From Escherichia phage VB_EcoS-Golestan, in sequence record NC_042084.1: a stretch of DNA of 44,829 nucleotides. One strand, 5' to 3'. The notes beneath the pieces were generated by a model. The model made no database searches. It was not told where the DNA came from and saw nothing but the letters and a program-made list of their open reading frames with translations. Numbering within the stretch: the first letter of the stretch is position 1; the number at the start of each line of letters is the position of its first letter. The translations under genes were made by a program, and so were the position numbers. Below, in pieces: positions 17,371-27,464 of the stretch.

Positions 17371-18788
17371 TGAGCGACTTATACTTTCCACGTAGCCTTA
17401 AGCCGGTGGTATCAAAAGGCTACTCAATGACCAGACGTAACAACGTCTGGAGTGTAGATTTAGCCGGTGGCGGGGTGCGTCAGGGCCGTGACACGTATTA
17501 CGACGTGTTCCCTGTTAGCGTAACCCTGATTACATCCGCAATGGGGCGACAGGCGTTTCTGTCGTTCCTCGAGAAAGTCGATGGTGGCGCGTCAAGTTTC
17601 TGGATGGCGCACGACTTCGGCATGGGTATTGAGGATTATCAGGTAACCATCACGTCCACTATAGCGGAGTCCACCGAAGACGGGATTAACTGGACAATTA
17701 CCTTCACGGCAACCGCCGAGAAATCGCCGTTCCAGGACCTTGAGAACCAATGCCTGATTAACAATCTTCCGGATTTGTATGGCTGTTATGGTGATTGCCT
17801 GGGCAGTTTCCTGAAAATATATGCGAACTACGAGACTACGTTCCCACGCATCTGGAGTAATGAAGGGCCTGCGGGATACCCGCCAATTAACCTTCTGGCG
17901 TCCGCGCTGGATAGCCGCATTGTTTATGAGGGGCCACAGGTATACCACATCAACCGAAACGGCAATCTTGTGCCATCAGCCGCAAATGAATGGCCCCTTA
18001 CGTTTATTGACGGGGTTGCTGTTGGGCGTGTGCCACCAGAAGGCGGTTCTATTAACTACCAGATAGGCGGGTTAGGTATTGGGTGGGTACATACTTTCAA
18101 CCGTATACCACTAACATCAACAGAGGACAGTGTATATCAAGGCAACCTGGCGGGCACAGTCACCCCAACAGCAGAAAATAACAGCCATTTCTTGTATGCC
18201 GAATCGCTGGGGGATTCAGTAATAGATGTTGGGGAAACATATACTGCTACGGTAATTCTTAAGGCGAATGGTGTCCAGTTTATTCAGGTTTATTGGAACG
18301 CAGGTAGCACAGGGATTTCACCGCACTACTCTAACTTCGACCTTATTAATAAAGCTGTATCAGGCACGGCGACATCGGCTTTCGTAACTGAAATATCTGA
18401 TGGGTGGGTTCTATGCTCAACTACCACAACCGCGACAGGAGACGGTTCTGCACTATCCTCCATCGCGGTGGCAAGCGTACCGTCTATGACGTCTACCAGA
18501 CTCCCGTCTTACGCATCGGATGGAGCATCTTCTTTTTCAGTTGCGTCCGCTCAGGTTGAAAAAAAACCATTTGCCACGTCGCCGATAGTAACTGACGCAT
18601 CACCATCCGCCCGCCCGGCGGCATCGGCAAAAGTAGCAATGAACGGCGCAACAAGCATCGACATTACCTATTCTGACGGCACTGTGGTAAACATTCCAGC
18701 GATTGGAGATTACGCCGCCATCCCACAGGCTGATTCTGCGTGGGGCAGTAAATACATCACTCGTATTGATTTTAATGTGGGCGGTTAA
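17370..18788 (+). CDS. Minor tail protein (distal tail / tail tip component)
   Basis: 472 aa; ATGA overlap with tape measure stop. Confidence 0.5.
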   Translation: MSDLYFPRSLKPVVSKGYSMTRRNNVWSVDLAGGGVRQGRDTYYDVFPVSVTLITSAMGRQAFLSFLEKVDGGASSFWMAHDFGMGIEDYQVTITSTIAESTEDGINWTITFTATAEKSPFQDLENQCLINNLPDLYGCYGDCLGSFLKIYANYETTFPRIWSNEGPAGYPPINLLASALDSRIVYEGPQVYHINRNGNLVPSAANEWPLTFIDGVAVGRVPPEGGSINYQIGGLGIGWVHTFNRIPLTSTEDSVYQGNLAGTVTPTAENNSHFLYAESLGDSVIDVGETYTATVILKANGVQFIQVYWNAGSTGISPHYSNFDLINKAVSGTATSAFVTEISDGWVLCSTTTTATGDGSALSSIAVASVPSMTSTRLPSYASDGASSFSVASAQVEKKPFATSPIVTDASPSARPAASAKVAMNGATSIDITYSDGTVVNIPAIGDYAAIPQADSAWGSKYITRIDFNVGG

Positions 18789-18791
18789 CTT

Positions 18792-19307
18792 ATGAGTCAG
18801 GAATCAGTAGAAGCAGCCTACCGCCGTAAGCTGGCCTCAAACCCCGACGGCGAGATTGACTACACGACGCTGGAGATAGTGCATCCGCTTCTTTCGAAGC
18901 GGTATTTACTTGTGCGCGGGCTACAGGAACTTACGGCAACACTGGAGACAGGCGAAACTATCACATTCGAACCTACCCCGATGGAGGCGTCGGGGGCGGC
19001 TAACAACAGTGATATGGACCAGACGACAACATTCACTCTGCCGGATATTCTCAATCAACTGGATGATGAGATGGATAAAATCCCGATGAGTAATACCGAG
19101 TTACCGAAGTTCATATTCCGCCGTTACGTCAGCACTGACCTGTCTTACCCGGCTGACGGCCCTGTCGTGTACGAGTTACAGGCCATTAATCAGGAGAAGG
19201 GCGAGTTCTCCGCAGATGTCGGTACACCTATGCTGAACCAACGAAGCACTGGTATACTGATGACACCTAAAGAGATACCGTTATTACGCGGCCTGTTGAC
19301 CACATGA
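18792..19307 (+). CDS. Minor tail protein
   Basis: 171 aa; position within tail tip block. Confidence 0.45.
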   Translation: MSQESVEAAYRRKLASNPDGEIDYTTLEIVHPLLSKRYLLVRGLQELTATLETGETITFEPTPMEASGAANNSDMDQTTTFTLPDILNQLDDEMDKIPMSNTELPKFIFRRYVSTDLSYPADGPVVYELQAINQEKGEFSADVGTPMLNQRSTGILMTPKEIPLLRGLLTT

Positions 19308-19669
19308 ATATTAACGACTACACGGGAATACCTTACGACTTTCGCAAACGCAATTGCTGGCATCACGTTCGCATTGTACGGGCCGATGCCGGGTTAGAAA
19401 CCCCGGCGTTCGACGTTACAAGCCCAACGGCGATTAACGAAGCGTTCGACGAAGGCCATCGTGACACGAAGGGGCTTACGAAGATTGATAAGCCTGAAAA
19501 CTTCTGTGCGGTGCTTATGGGGTATCGCCGTGGCGGTCGTATCGTGTGGCACGCGGGAGTTTACTTCGACGGGATGGTGAGTCATTGCGAGCTTGCGTCC
19601 CGTCAGGTACGACTTGACCGGCTGGCGGACCTCAGAGACACGTACACGGAGATTGAATTTTGGCGATAA
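19304..19669 (+). CDS. Tail assembly protein with NlpC/P60-like Cys/His motif (gpK-like)
   Basis: 121 aa; NCWHHV and WHAGVYFDGMVSHCE resemble papain-like NlpC/P60 catalytic Cys and His. Confidence 0.5.
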   Translation: MNINDYTGIPYDFRKRNCWHHVRIVRADAGLETPAFDVTSPTAINEAFDEGHRDTKGLTKIDKPENFCAVLMGYRRGGRIVWHAGVYFDGMVSHCELASRQVRLDRLADLRDTYTEIEFWR

Positions 19670-22227
19670 TCCTGCACTACACGCGAAATGCCGACGGGGC
19701 TTTCGACCGTACAAAACACGTCGGGATGCCGATGGAGTTTGTCGTTAACCGTATCCCGGACGGCGTTCCGGTACGCGTCTATCTTGGCGAGATTGGTGAT
19801 GATACTGATGTTACAGACGACTTCGACGCGCTCAAAGACGAGGACGCCGTGTACCACATTATTGAGGGCGCTGGCGGCGGCATTGGCGACGCCCTTGGGA
19901 GTGTATTCAGTTTCATCCTTAAGCCAATCGCCAAATTGTTCGGGCTAAACACAGCGGCTAACGCTAATTATTCCGCTACCAACAATCAGGCTACGTCGCC
20001 TAACAACAGTCTCACCGACCGCTCAAACAAGCCACGACCTTATGAGCGTTCTTATGATATCTGCGGGACAGTGCAGACCATCCCCAATGACCTGATGCAA
20101 ACATATAAGGTGTTTAATGCCGCGGGTGCGCTTATTGAATATGCGTACTATGACGCCGGTCGAGGGTATCTGCATATTGAGGAAGACGGTGTAACTGAGG
20201 CAGATACCCGAATCAGCGAGATAACTGGCTCGTCGGTGGCGGTGTATTCCCCTTACACTTCGCCGAATAACACCAACGCCCCACAATTGCATATTGGCGA
20301 CCCGATAGACCAGAAATTGTACGTTACATTTAAAAACGCCGATGTCGATGGCGCTGTTCTTCCCGCCCCTAATGATATCGCTATAGACGTGCAGGACTAC
20401 ACTGTCCAGCGGCAGGGAACAACCGGCGTTGTAATAGGCGATGACGCTGGTTTCGATGAGTTTTTGGCTGTCGGAGACCTGGCATATTTCGATAACGTAT
20501 ATGCGGACACAACTCCTGGGTCTTTAGGTAATGAGGTTAACTTAGACGGGAGGTACACTGTTCTTTCTGTTAGTGAAACGACCCTTATTGTGGACGTCAG
20601 TACAAATCAATCAATATGGAACCAGCTAGGGTCATCGGTGTGGTTTATAGGTGAAGAGGGTAACCATCTCATAGGTCCGGCGGACACTTACGCGGCTTCC
20701 CTCTCTGAATGGGCGTACATCACCCGCGGTACGGTCAACCGTGTTGTAGCCAATGTCGCCGCCAGCAACGGCATGTATAAATATAACGGCGATTATAACC
20801 GTGCCTCCGTTACGGTGGAACTGCAATACCAGATGGTGGACGAATTGAAACAGCCCGTTGGTGGCATATTCACCGTGCAAGGCACTGTTACAGGGAGAAA
20901 CACCGATTACACTGGTATTACCCTATACGGAAGCTTGCCTACCGCTTCCAGATTCCGCGCCCGTATGCGCCGTGTTTCCGATACTGATAAAGATTTTGAG
21001 GGTACTGTTAGCGACGAGGTTACTTTCACTAATCTGTACGGGCAGTCACTGGATACAACCCCGCACTACGGCAACCGCACTACTGTACACTGCGCTCGTA
21101 AACAAACCCCACGTGCCGCCGAGGTGTCAGAACCGGAACTGCGCATGATTGCTACCGAGATGTGCTACAAATACTTAGGTAACGGCGTATTCGATACGGT
21201 AATGACACCGAACACTCAGGCCGTGCAGTCGCTAATCAGGCTGGCGCGTGACCCTGTGGTGGGTAATCTGGAACTGACAACGGCAAACATGGACAAGTTA
21301 CTCGCTGTGCAGGAAGAAATTGAATCCTATTTTGGAAGTGAATTAGCGGGGCAGTTCTGCTACACGTTCGACGACTACGACACCACGATGCAGGACATCG
21401 TTCAGACCATCGCGGAAGCCGTTTTCTGTACTGCGTACCGTAAAGGTGCGGATATTATGCTGCGATTTGATCGTCCGGTTGCGGGGCCCGAAATGGTGTT
21501 CACCCACCGCAGCAAAACGACCGGTACGGAGAAATGGACGCGCACGTTCAACGATTCGACAACCTACGATAGCCTGTCGTTCTCGTACATTGACCCGGAT
21601 ACAAACGTACAGGAGACGATTTATATCCCGGAAGAACTCGGCGCGAACACCGAGGAGTACGAATCGAAGGGTGTACGTAACTATCAGCAAGCGTACTGGC
21701 TGGCGTGGCGTCGCTACCAGCGCAACACGTTAAGTAAAGTTGTCGTAGAGTTCGAAGCTACCGAAGAAGGCGCTCTCGCTACTCCCGGCGGCGTAATCAG
21801 CGTGGTTAAAGGTTCACGTATCGCGCCTCAGGATGGTTATGTTGTTGCCGTTAATGGGCTTACGCTGACACTGTCGCAACCTGTTACGTTTACCCCCGGC
21901 GATGACCACTCCATCATCCTCAAGAAGCGCGATGGCTCCGTGCAGAGTATTTCTGTTATCAAAGGAAGCCACGACCGCGAGGTGATTATGCTCTCCGCGC
22001 CGGAGGAGGCAATCTACACGGGGAATAGCGCACTAAAAACTGAGTTTTCATTCGGCAACGAAGCAAGGCATAATGCTCAGAAGATAGTTGTTTCTTCAAT
22101 CGACCCCGGCGACGACCGCACGGTCAAGATTACTGGTTACAACTATGACGACGGATTCTATAAATACGACGGCGTCGCGCCATACGGCAGCAGCTTCTCC
22201 GACGGATTCAGCAATGGTTTTAATTAA
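19660..22227 (+). CDS. Tail tip / host specificity protein (gpI/gpJ-like central fibre); TTG start, alternative ATG at 19729
   Basis: 855 aa; Gly-rich segment GAGGGIGDALG near N-terminus; large beta-rich protein after the gpK-like gene. Confidence 0.55.
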   Translation: MAIILHYTRNADGAFDRTKHVGMPMEFVVNRIPDGVPVRVYLGEIGDDTDVTDDFDALKDEDAVYHIIEGAGGGIGDALGSVFSFILKPIAKLFGLNTAANANYSATNNQATSPNNSLTDRSNKPRPYERSYDICGTVQTIPNDLMQTYKVFNAAGALIEYAYYDAGRGYLHIEEDGVTEADTRISEITGSSVAVYSPYTSPNNTNAPQLHIGDPIDQKLYVTFKNADVDGAVLPAPNDIAIDVQDYTVQRQGTTGVVIGDDAGFDEFLAVGDLAYFDNVYADTTPGSLGNEVNLDGRYTVLSVSETTLIVDVSTNQSIWNQLGSSVWFIGEEGNHLIGPADTYAASLSEWAYITRGTVNRVVANVAASNGMYKYNGDYNRASVTVELQYQMVDELKQPVGGIFTVQGTVTGRNTDYTGITLYGSLPTASRFRARMRRVSDTDKDFEGTVSDEVTFTNLYGQSLDTTPHYGNRTTVHCARKQTPRAAEVSEPELRMIATEMCYKYLGNGVFDTVMTPNTQAVQSLIRLARDPVVGNLELTTANMDKLLAVQEEIESYFGSELAGQFCYTFDDYDTTMQDIVQTIAEAVFCTAYRKGADIMLRFDRPVAGPEMVFTHRSKTTGTEKWTRTFNDSTTYDSLSFSYIDPDTNVQETIYIPEELGANTEEYESKGVRNYQQAYWLAWRRYQRNTLSKVVVEFEATEEGALATPGGVISVVKGSRIAPQDGYVVAVNGLTLTLSQPVTFTPGDDHSIILKKRDGSVQSISVIKGSHDREVIMLSAPEEAIYTGNSALKTEFSFGNEARHNAQKIVVSSIDPGDDRTVKITGYNYDDGFYKYDGVAPYGSSFSDGFSNGFN

Positions 22228-22239
22228 AGAGGACTCTAT

Positions 22240-24225
22240 ATGTCAAGCGGATGCGGTGACGTTTTAAGCCTGGCGGATTTACAGACCGCCAAGAAACATC
22301 AGATTTTCGAGGCCGAGGTTATCACTGGCAAATCCGGCGGTGTAGCTACGGGTGCAGACATTGATTACGCAACAAATAAGGTTACCGGGCAGACGCAGAA
22401 GACGCTTCCTGCCGTGTTGCGCGACGCGGGTTTTTCTCCGGTGTCATGGGATTTCTCCACAGGCGGCACGTTAACCGTTAACGACCGGGACAAGGTGGTG
22501 TATGACCCTGTTAGCAAAACATGGTACTCGTACGCAGGTACGTTACCAGTTGTTGTCCCTGCATCGTTTAATCCAGTCGGTAACGCTAACTGGAAGCCGC
22601 AGACAGACCCAAATTTGCGTAATGATTTGGCGTCAAGTACCGCCGGTTTGGGGGCTTCACTGGTGTCTTTTTCCAACGGTAACACCGTTGAAACATTATC
22701 TGACGCGGACGGTGCCAAGAACATAGGCAGCGGCGAAAGGAGTTTGCTTGCACGTAACAATGATATTAAGCATTCAGGAGACTTCTCTACCCTGCAAGCT
22801 GCAGTAGATGCATCGTTACAGAAAAATGACTTACTTATTTCCCCTGGTGAATATACTGAAAAAGTTACTATTGGTAGCGCACAGTTAAAAGGCGTTGGCG
22901 GGGCTGTAGTACTAAAAACACCAGCAGACTTTACAAACACTGTTCAGGTTAATTTATCGACGCCTCATTGGCAATTCCGCCATAGTGGCGGTTTTGCTAT
23001 AGATGGTTCTGGTACAACCGGGGCCGTAGGTATTAGTTTTGACCCGTCAGACCAATATTCCGGACGTCATAATTTTAGTGATTTATACATACACAACATC
23101 AACAAGGCAATTCAGAAGCCTTCCGGGAACATCGGTAATACATGGAGAAATATTGGGGTATCTACGTGTGATTGGGGGTATTACGCGATTAGTGGCTCAG
23201 AGATGCATTGCGGGGCCGATACCCTCTACAATATCCACTTCGACGGCATCTCCGCCTATGCCGTCTACCTAAACGGCACTGTCGATAACGGCGGGATAGG
23301 CGGATGGTGGCTTAAAGACTCCATTATTGAGGCTTCCGGAGGCGGCGGGATATATTTAAAAAGCAAATCAGGTGACTGCCCTATATCTCCATGCGGGGTA
23401 TCCAATGTATGGACGGAAGCGATTGCAACATCATCGGCTGTTCAGGTAGACGGCGTGGCGCAAAAACCGCGAGTTCTCAAGTTGGTAGACACCGCGATAT
23501 TCTTTGCTGAGTATTCTTATCTCAATAACATCGAGCTATCCAACTCCAACTTAGTAACTTATGGTTGCCGTTTTGACAACGCCGATGGTAATCAGGATAT
23601 TGTAGTGGATGCACAAAGCACCATCGTAGCCCACGACGTGTATTTAAACGGCAGTTCTGGAAAGGACGTTATTGTAGAGTCTGTCGCGTCGCAATCCGCA
23701 ACGGTAGCCACTACAAACTTGTCTCTGCGAGGAAATTTAACAAGGGGACGAGTGTTTAATACGCCGACGGGGAATAAGTTAAAAGCTATCACATTTGACT
23801 CAGGTAGCCATAATTTTTCTGGTAGCGGTACCGTTAACGGTTCGACTGTATCTGACGGACTTCACGCCGCTACATGTACCGAATTTTCATTCCCTGGGTC
23901 CGGTTTATATGAAATGGTAGCGTCAAGAACGACACTTACATCCGGTAGATGGTACGTGTGGGGCGTCAACTCTCGCCTCCAATCAGGAACAGCAGATGTG
24001 AGTATAACGTCAGGTATTACTATGGGTAGCGTTTATACTAAGTCTGGTGAGTGGATTAGCACATTTGGGGTGGGTAAAGCTTCCGCTAACGGTACTGTAA
24101 GTCTGTACGTCTCTACTGCGGGAGGTTCAGGTGCTGTTATCAGATTTAGCGACTTCTTCATCGCTGAGTTTACGACGCAGGCTCAGGCTTTAGCTTTCGC
24201 TAACTCCAGAATGTCGTTGGCTTAA
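22240..24225 (+). CDS. Tailspike / receptor-binding protein with beta-helix depolymerase-like body
   Basis: 661 aa; last structural gene; Gly/Asn/Ser-rich repetitive beta strands (e.g. GGWWLKDSIIEASGGGGIYLKSKSG). Confidence 0.6.
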   Translation: MSSGCGDVLSLADLQTAKKHQIFEAEVITGKSGGVATGADIDYATNKVTGQTQKTLPAVLRDAGFSPVSWDFSTGGTLTVNDRDKVVYDPVSKTWYSYAGTLPVVVPASFNPVGNANWKPQTDPNLRNDLASSTAGLGASLVSFSNGNTVETLSDADGAKNIGSGERSLLARNNDIKHSGDFSTLQAAVDASLQKNDLLISPGEYTEKVTIGSAQLKGVGGAVVLKTPADFTNTVQVNLSTPHWQFRHSGGFAIDGSGTTGAVGISFDPSDQYSGRHNFSDLYIHNINKAIQKPSGNIGNTWRNIGVSTCDWGYYAISGSEMHCGADTLYNIHFDGISAYAVYLNGTVDNGGIGGWWLKDSIIEASGGGGIYLKSKSGDCPISPCGVSNVWTEAIATSSAVQVDGVAQKPRVLKLVDTAIFFAEYSYLNNIELSNSNLVTYGCRFDNADGNQDIVVDAQSTIVAHDVYLNGSSGKDVIVESVASQSATVATTNLSLRGNLTRGRVFNTPTGNKLKAITFDSGSHNFSGSGTVNGSTVSDGLHAATCTEFSFPGSGLYEMVASRTTLTSGRWYVWGVNSRLQSGTADVSITSGITMGSVYTKSGEWISTFGVGKASANGTVSLYVSTAGGSGAVIRFSDFFIAEFTTQAQALAFANSRMSLA

Positions 24226-24254
24226 AACTAAGGCCCCAAACGGGGCCTTTTCTC
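24226..24254. terminator. Bidirectional rho-independent terminator between tailspike and the convergent replication operon
   Basis: AAGGCCCC-AAAC-GGGGCCTT flanked by an A-run and a T-run. Confidence 0.6.
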
Positions 24255-24391
24255 TACTCTTCTGATAACTTCTCCAGTACAAACGCCAGTTGCGCATTAG
24301 CGGCGTCTCTTTGCTGGCGTAATCGTAGAACCTCTTCTTCAAGTTCCTTGATACGTTTTTGTAATGCCGGAATCGGGGCTATGATATTCAT
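24254..24391 (-). CDS. Small coiled-coil protein (46 aa)
   Basis: Hand-translated MNIIAPIPALQKRIKELEEEVLRLRQQRDAANAQ...; ATGA overlap with the upstream Toprim gene stop. Confidence 0.25.
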   Translation of the reverse strand: MNIIAPIPALQKRIKELEEEVLRLRQQRDAANAQLAFVLEKLSEE

Positions 24392-24903
24392 CTGGTAAAT
24401 TTCCTCGCAAGATACGTTATTTCTTCTTCACAAAGTTCATCGAGGTCGTTAGATACAAATCCTCTGGAGAATGTTCTGCTAAATTTTAAACCAGCTTTAT
24501 CATTATCCCCAGCGCACACCCAATCATACGGCAGAAGTGACATTTGCCGCCGTAGGTCAGTTGGTATATTCGACCCAAGTGCGCTTACGGCATTGAACCC
24601 GCAATTCATCAAAGCAACAGCTTTAAATATGCTTTCGGTAACAAATACTGTCCCACTTTCAGGAAGGTACTCCAACCCCCATAAACACGGCCTTGTTGTT
24701 CGGGTAAAGTACCGCGCGTCTTTAGGGTTTTTACAGTTCTTTTCAGCATGTGGCTTGTAATGCTGGTATCCTCGTAGCCTACCGTCAAAACCCCACAAGT
24801 AGAATGTAGCAACGCCAGGGGCTAAGACTACCTGGAGACGGTCTGCGTCAAAACCTCGTGACAGCAGATGCGCCTTAAGTAGTAACTCCTCGCCATCCAT
24901 CAT
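24388..24903 (-). CDS. Toprim-domain protein (DnaG-type primase catalytic-core-like)
   Basis: 171 aa; VTESIF (conserved Glu) and GDNDKAG (DxD) Toprim-like motifs. Confidence 0.45.
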   Translation of the reverse strand: MMDGEELLLKAHLLSRGFDADRLQVVLAPGVATFYLWGFDGRLRGYQHYKPHAEKNCKNPKDARYFTRTTRPCLWGLEYLPESGTVFVTESIFKAVALMNCGFNAVSALGSNIPTDLRRQMSLLPYDWVCAGDNDKAGLKFSRTFSRGFVSNDLDELCEEEITYLARKFTR

Positions 24904-26324
24904 TTCTTACCTCGTCTCTTCATGTAATTAAGCAACTCTTCCTGTACCGATTTCTTCTCGTCAGTACGTGTGGCAACAACCTCGTCCAGCGTGTCTTTAG
25001 CGACGATGTGATAGAGGAACACCGGTCGCTCGTGCCCCGCTTGTTTCTGGCGGACCGGGCCTATACGCTCAACAACCTGCAAATAGTGCTCAAGGTTCCA
25101 GCCTTGCGAGATGAACGCCAGATGATGACCCCCGTCCTGTAAATTCAAACCATGCCCGGCTGACGCAGGATGCACGCATAAAATCTCGATTTCCCCACGG
25201 TTCCACGCTTCCATCTGCTTATTACCCTTCGCACCTTTGGCAAATGCCTGGGCCTGCGGGAATCGCTTAAGGATGCGCTCCAGTTCGTGCTTGAACTGAT
25301 AGGCCACCAGTAACGGCGCGCCCTGTAACTCTTCCACAATGGACTCCAGTGCGTCCAGTTTCGTGTCGTGCACTTTCTCCCAGTCTTTGGTTGCTTCGCC
25401 GTCAGGGCCCGAAACATACACGGCACCGGAGGCAATCTGCAGACACTTCGACGTCTTCGCCGCAGCGTTAGCCGCTTCAACTTCTCCGCTTTCCAGTTCC
25501 GCGAATAGCTTCTCCTCCATATCGATGTACGCCTGACGTGCTTTCTTCGGCAGGTCGATTTCAACCGGCACGATAACAGGCGCTTCACAACCGAACCACT
25601 CGGCGGCGTCAATCGTCAGACTGATGTCCTTCATCTTCTGGTGAATCTCGTTATCTGCACCAGGGCGGGCGTGATATTCACGTGCCATCGCAGATTTTCC
25701 TTTCTGTACCGAATTAAACCAGCGGTCGGTGAATGCTGTATACGACGAACCTAGGCGCTCGCCAGCGTCGATAAACCAGTTCTGGCCCCACAAATCCTTG
25801 AGGCCGTTTGGTGACGGTGTACCAGTCAGGTTAATAAAACGCTTAACCCTTCCGAAAGCCACTTTACTAAGCGCCTTTGCACGCTTGCTACCACCTGAAC
25901 GGCTGCGGAATGATTTAAGCTTCGTGCTTTCATCTGCAACGATAACCGTAAAAGGCCAGTCGTCTTTGCCGTAGTAGTCAATCAGCCACTCGATAACCTC
26001 ATAGTTCGTGCAAACCACGTTAGCATCTGACTCCAGCGCCGCGATGCGGCGCTTCTCTGAACCAGTCGCATCTACAACACGCAGACATGGGAATTGCCAT
26101 TTCTCTTGCTCTGCAGGCCACGTACCAGACGCAACCCGCAGCGGGGCGAGGATTAACACGCGGTCGTCATCATTAAGTTGGCCGTTTCGGAACAGTCGGT
26201 TTAATGCCCACAGTACGCTGCCAGTCTTCCCAGCGCCCATGCTTGCCCATATGTTGCAGCGATGGTGCCGCAGCATGAACGAAGTCATGAGCTTTTGGTA
26301 CTCACGCCTTTGAAACTTACTCAT
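24900..26324 (-). CDS. SNF2/SF2-family helicase
   Basis: 474 aa; Walker A MGAGKTGS, DExx box VIVADEST, helicase C-terminal region. Confidence 0.8.
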   Translation of the reverse strand: MSKFQRREYQKLMTSFMLRHHRCNIWASMGAGKTGSVLWALNRLFRNGQLNDDDRVLILAPLRVASGTWPAEQEKWQFPCLRVVDATGSEKRRIAALESDANVVCTNYEVIEWLIDYYGKDDWPFTVIVADESTKLKSFRSRSGGSKRAKALSKVAFGRVKRFINLTGTPSPNGLKDLWGQNWFIDAGERLGSSYTAFTDRWFNSVQKGKSAMAREYHARPGADNEIHQKMKDISLTIDAAEWFGCEAPVIVPVEIDLPKKARQAYIDMEEKLFAELESGEVEAANAAAKTSKCLQIASGAVYVSGPDGEATKDWEKVHDTKLDALESIVEELQGAPLLVAYQFKHELERILKRFPQAQAFAKGAKGNKQMEAWNRGEIEILCVHPASAGHGLNLQDGGHHLAFISQGWNLEHYLQVVERIGPVRQKQAGHERPVFLYHIVAKDTLDEVVATRTDEKKSVQEELLNYMKRRGKK

Positions 26325-27246
26325 TTACCGCCCCCATGAATGCCTTTATAAATTCAGCAGCTACTTGCGGGACGATGGCATTGCCGTAACCGCGCAATCG
26401 TCCCACTCTGGCGGGTATCCCATCAGCCAGCGGGAATGTGCCGGGTTCAACTGGCCTGAATTTTCCATCCCGGCATCCGAGCCAGTCTGCCTCTGACCAG
26501 AAGCCGTGATGCGGATTGGTCGCGATATTTTCAGTCCCTGCTCCGTTGAGTAGTCCAGCCTGTCGAAAGTCCGGTCCTTTCCGTCCTTGCGAATCACTGT
26601 CTCTCCGCTCCCTCTGTAATCGTTCGCGGTCGGCGTCGCCCATGCCGTCATCGCGGCGGCCCACCCCAGTTTGTTCGGTTTCGTCCTGCCGTCTGTGCTG
26701 CGCATGTTCACGTCGTTTGTTATCAGTGATACTGCTGGCGTGGGCCAATCTATGCGCGCCGAAGAAAAGTCGGTCGCGTTTGTGCGGTGCGCCGACGCTA
26801 CAAGCTGGGAGTACGGCAAACCCGACGGCGTAGTTTTCTCCTTCCAGGTGAGTTTGTAAATCGCACATCCACGATTTTGCAATTGCTGGCGCAACCTGCT
26901 CCCCAAAGAGGACTGGAGGGCGGCACTCGCTGATGAGGTCGAGGAACACAGGTGCGAGGTGTCTCGGGTCGAACTGTCCGAGTTGCTTTCCCGCTGCGCT
27001 AAACGGTTGGCAAGGCGGGCTTCCCGTCCAGAGAGGCGCATCTTCCGGAACTCCCGCAAGTCTGAGCGCGAGAGGCCAGCCGCCGATACCAGCGAAAAAA
27101 TGACACTGGGTGAATCCGTCGAGGTCTTCTGGCTTAACTTCAGTAATGCTTCTTTCATCTACAACTCCAAAAGGTATGTGACCCTGTTTTATTAATTCAC
27201 GCAGCCACGCGGCTGCGCCTTTATCCCATTCGTTGTAATAGTTCAT
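26317..27246 (-). CDS. DNA (cytosine-5)-methyltransferase, orphan
   Basis: 309 aa; motif I FAGIGG, motif IV PPCQPFSAAGK, GEQV, C-terminal GNAIVP; no adjacent restriction endonuclease. Confidence 0.85.
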   Translation of the reverse strand: MNYYNEWDKGAAAWLRELIKQGHIPFGVVDERSITEVKPEDLDGFTQCHFFAGIGGWPLALRLAGVPEDAPLWTGSPPCQPFSAAGKQLGQFDPRHLAPVFLDLISECRPPVLFGEQVAPAIAKSWMCDLQTHLEGENYAVGFAVLPACSVGAPHKRDRLFFGAHRLAHASSITDNKRREHAQHRRQDETEQTGVGRRDDGMGDADRERLQRERRDSDSQGRKGPDFRQAGLLNGAGTENIATNPHHGFWSEADWLGCRDGKFRPVEPGTFPLADGIPARVGRLRGYGNAIVPQVAAEFIKAFMGAVNE

Positions 27247-27434
27247 TTTGCCACCAGAACTAACTCTTTACGCCCGAACGCCGTAACGTTACCGGTTACA
27301 TCTTCGATAACCAGTTTACCGTTCGACTCGACGTACACCGTATCAACGGCAACAGGCCGACGGGTCTTAACGTTGAAAATCATGTCGCCAGGTACGATGT
27401 CACGTGCTGGTTTGCGGTCATATTCGTGTTTCAT
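27243..27434 (-). CDS. Hypothetical protein (63 aa)
   Basis: First ORF downstream of family-2 promoter C; ATGA overlap with the methyltransferase gene. Confidence 0.4.
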   Translation of the reverse strand: MKHEYDRKPARDIVPGDMIFNVKTRRPVAVDTVYVESNGKLVIEDVTGNVTAFGRKELVLVAK

Positions 27435-27464
27435 TTCTCAATTCCTTATATTGTTGGTGTAGGA

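Noticed and set aside
22365-22940. 191-aa ORF antisense to the tailspike gene
   Set aside because: Antisense to a strongly supported structural gene; no regulatory signals
26361-27158. 265-aa ORF in an alternative frame on the - strand inside the methyltransferase gene
   Set aside because: The 309-aa frame carries the canonical C5-methyltransferase motifs; the alternative frame has none and is Ser/Arg-rich
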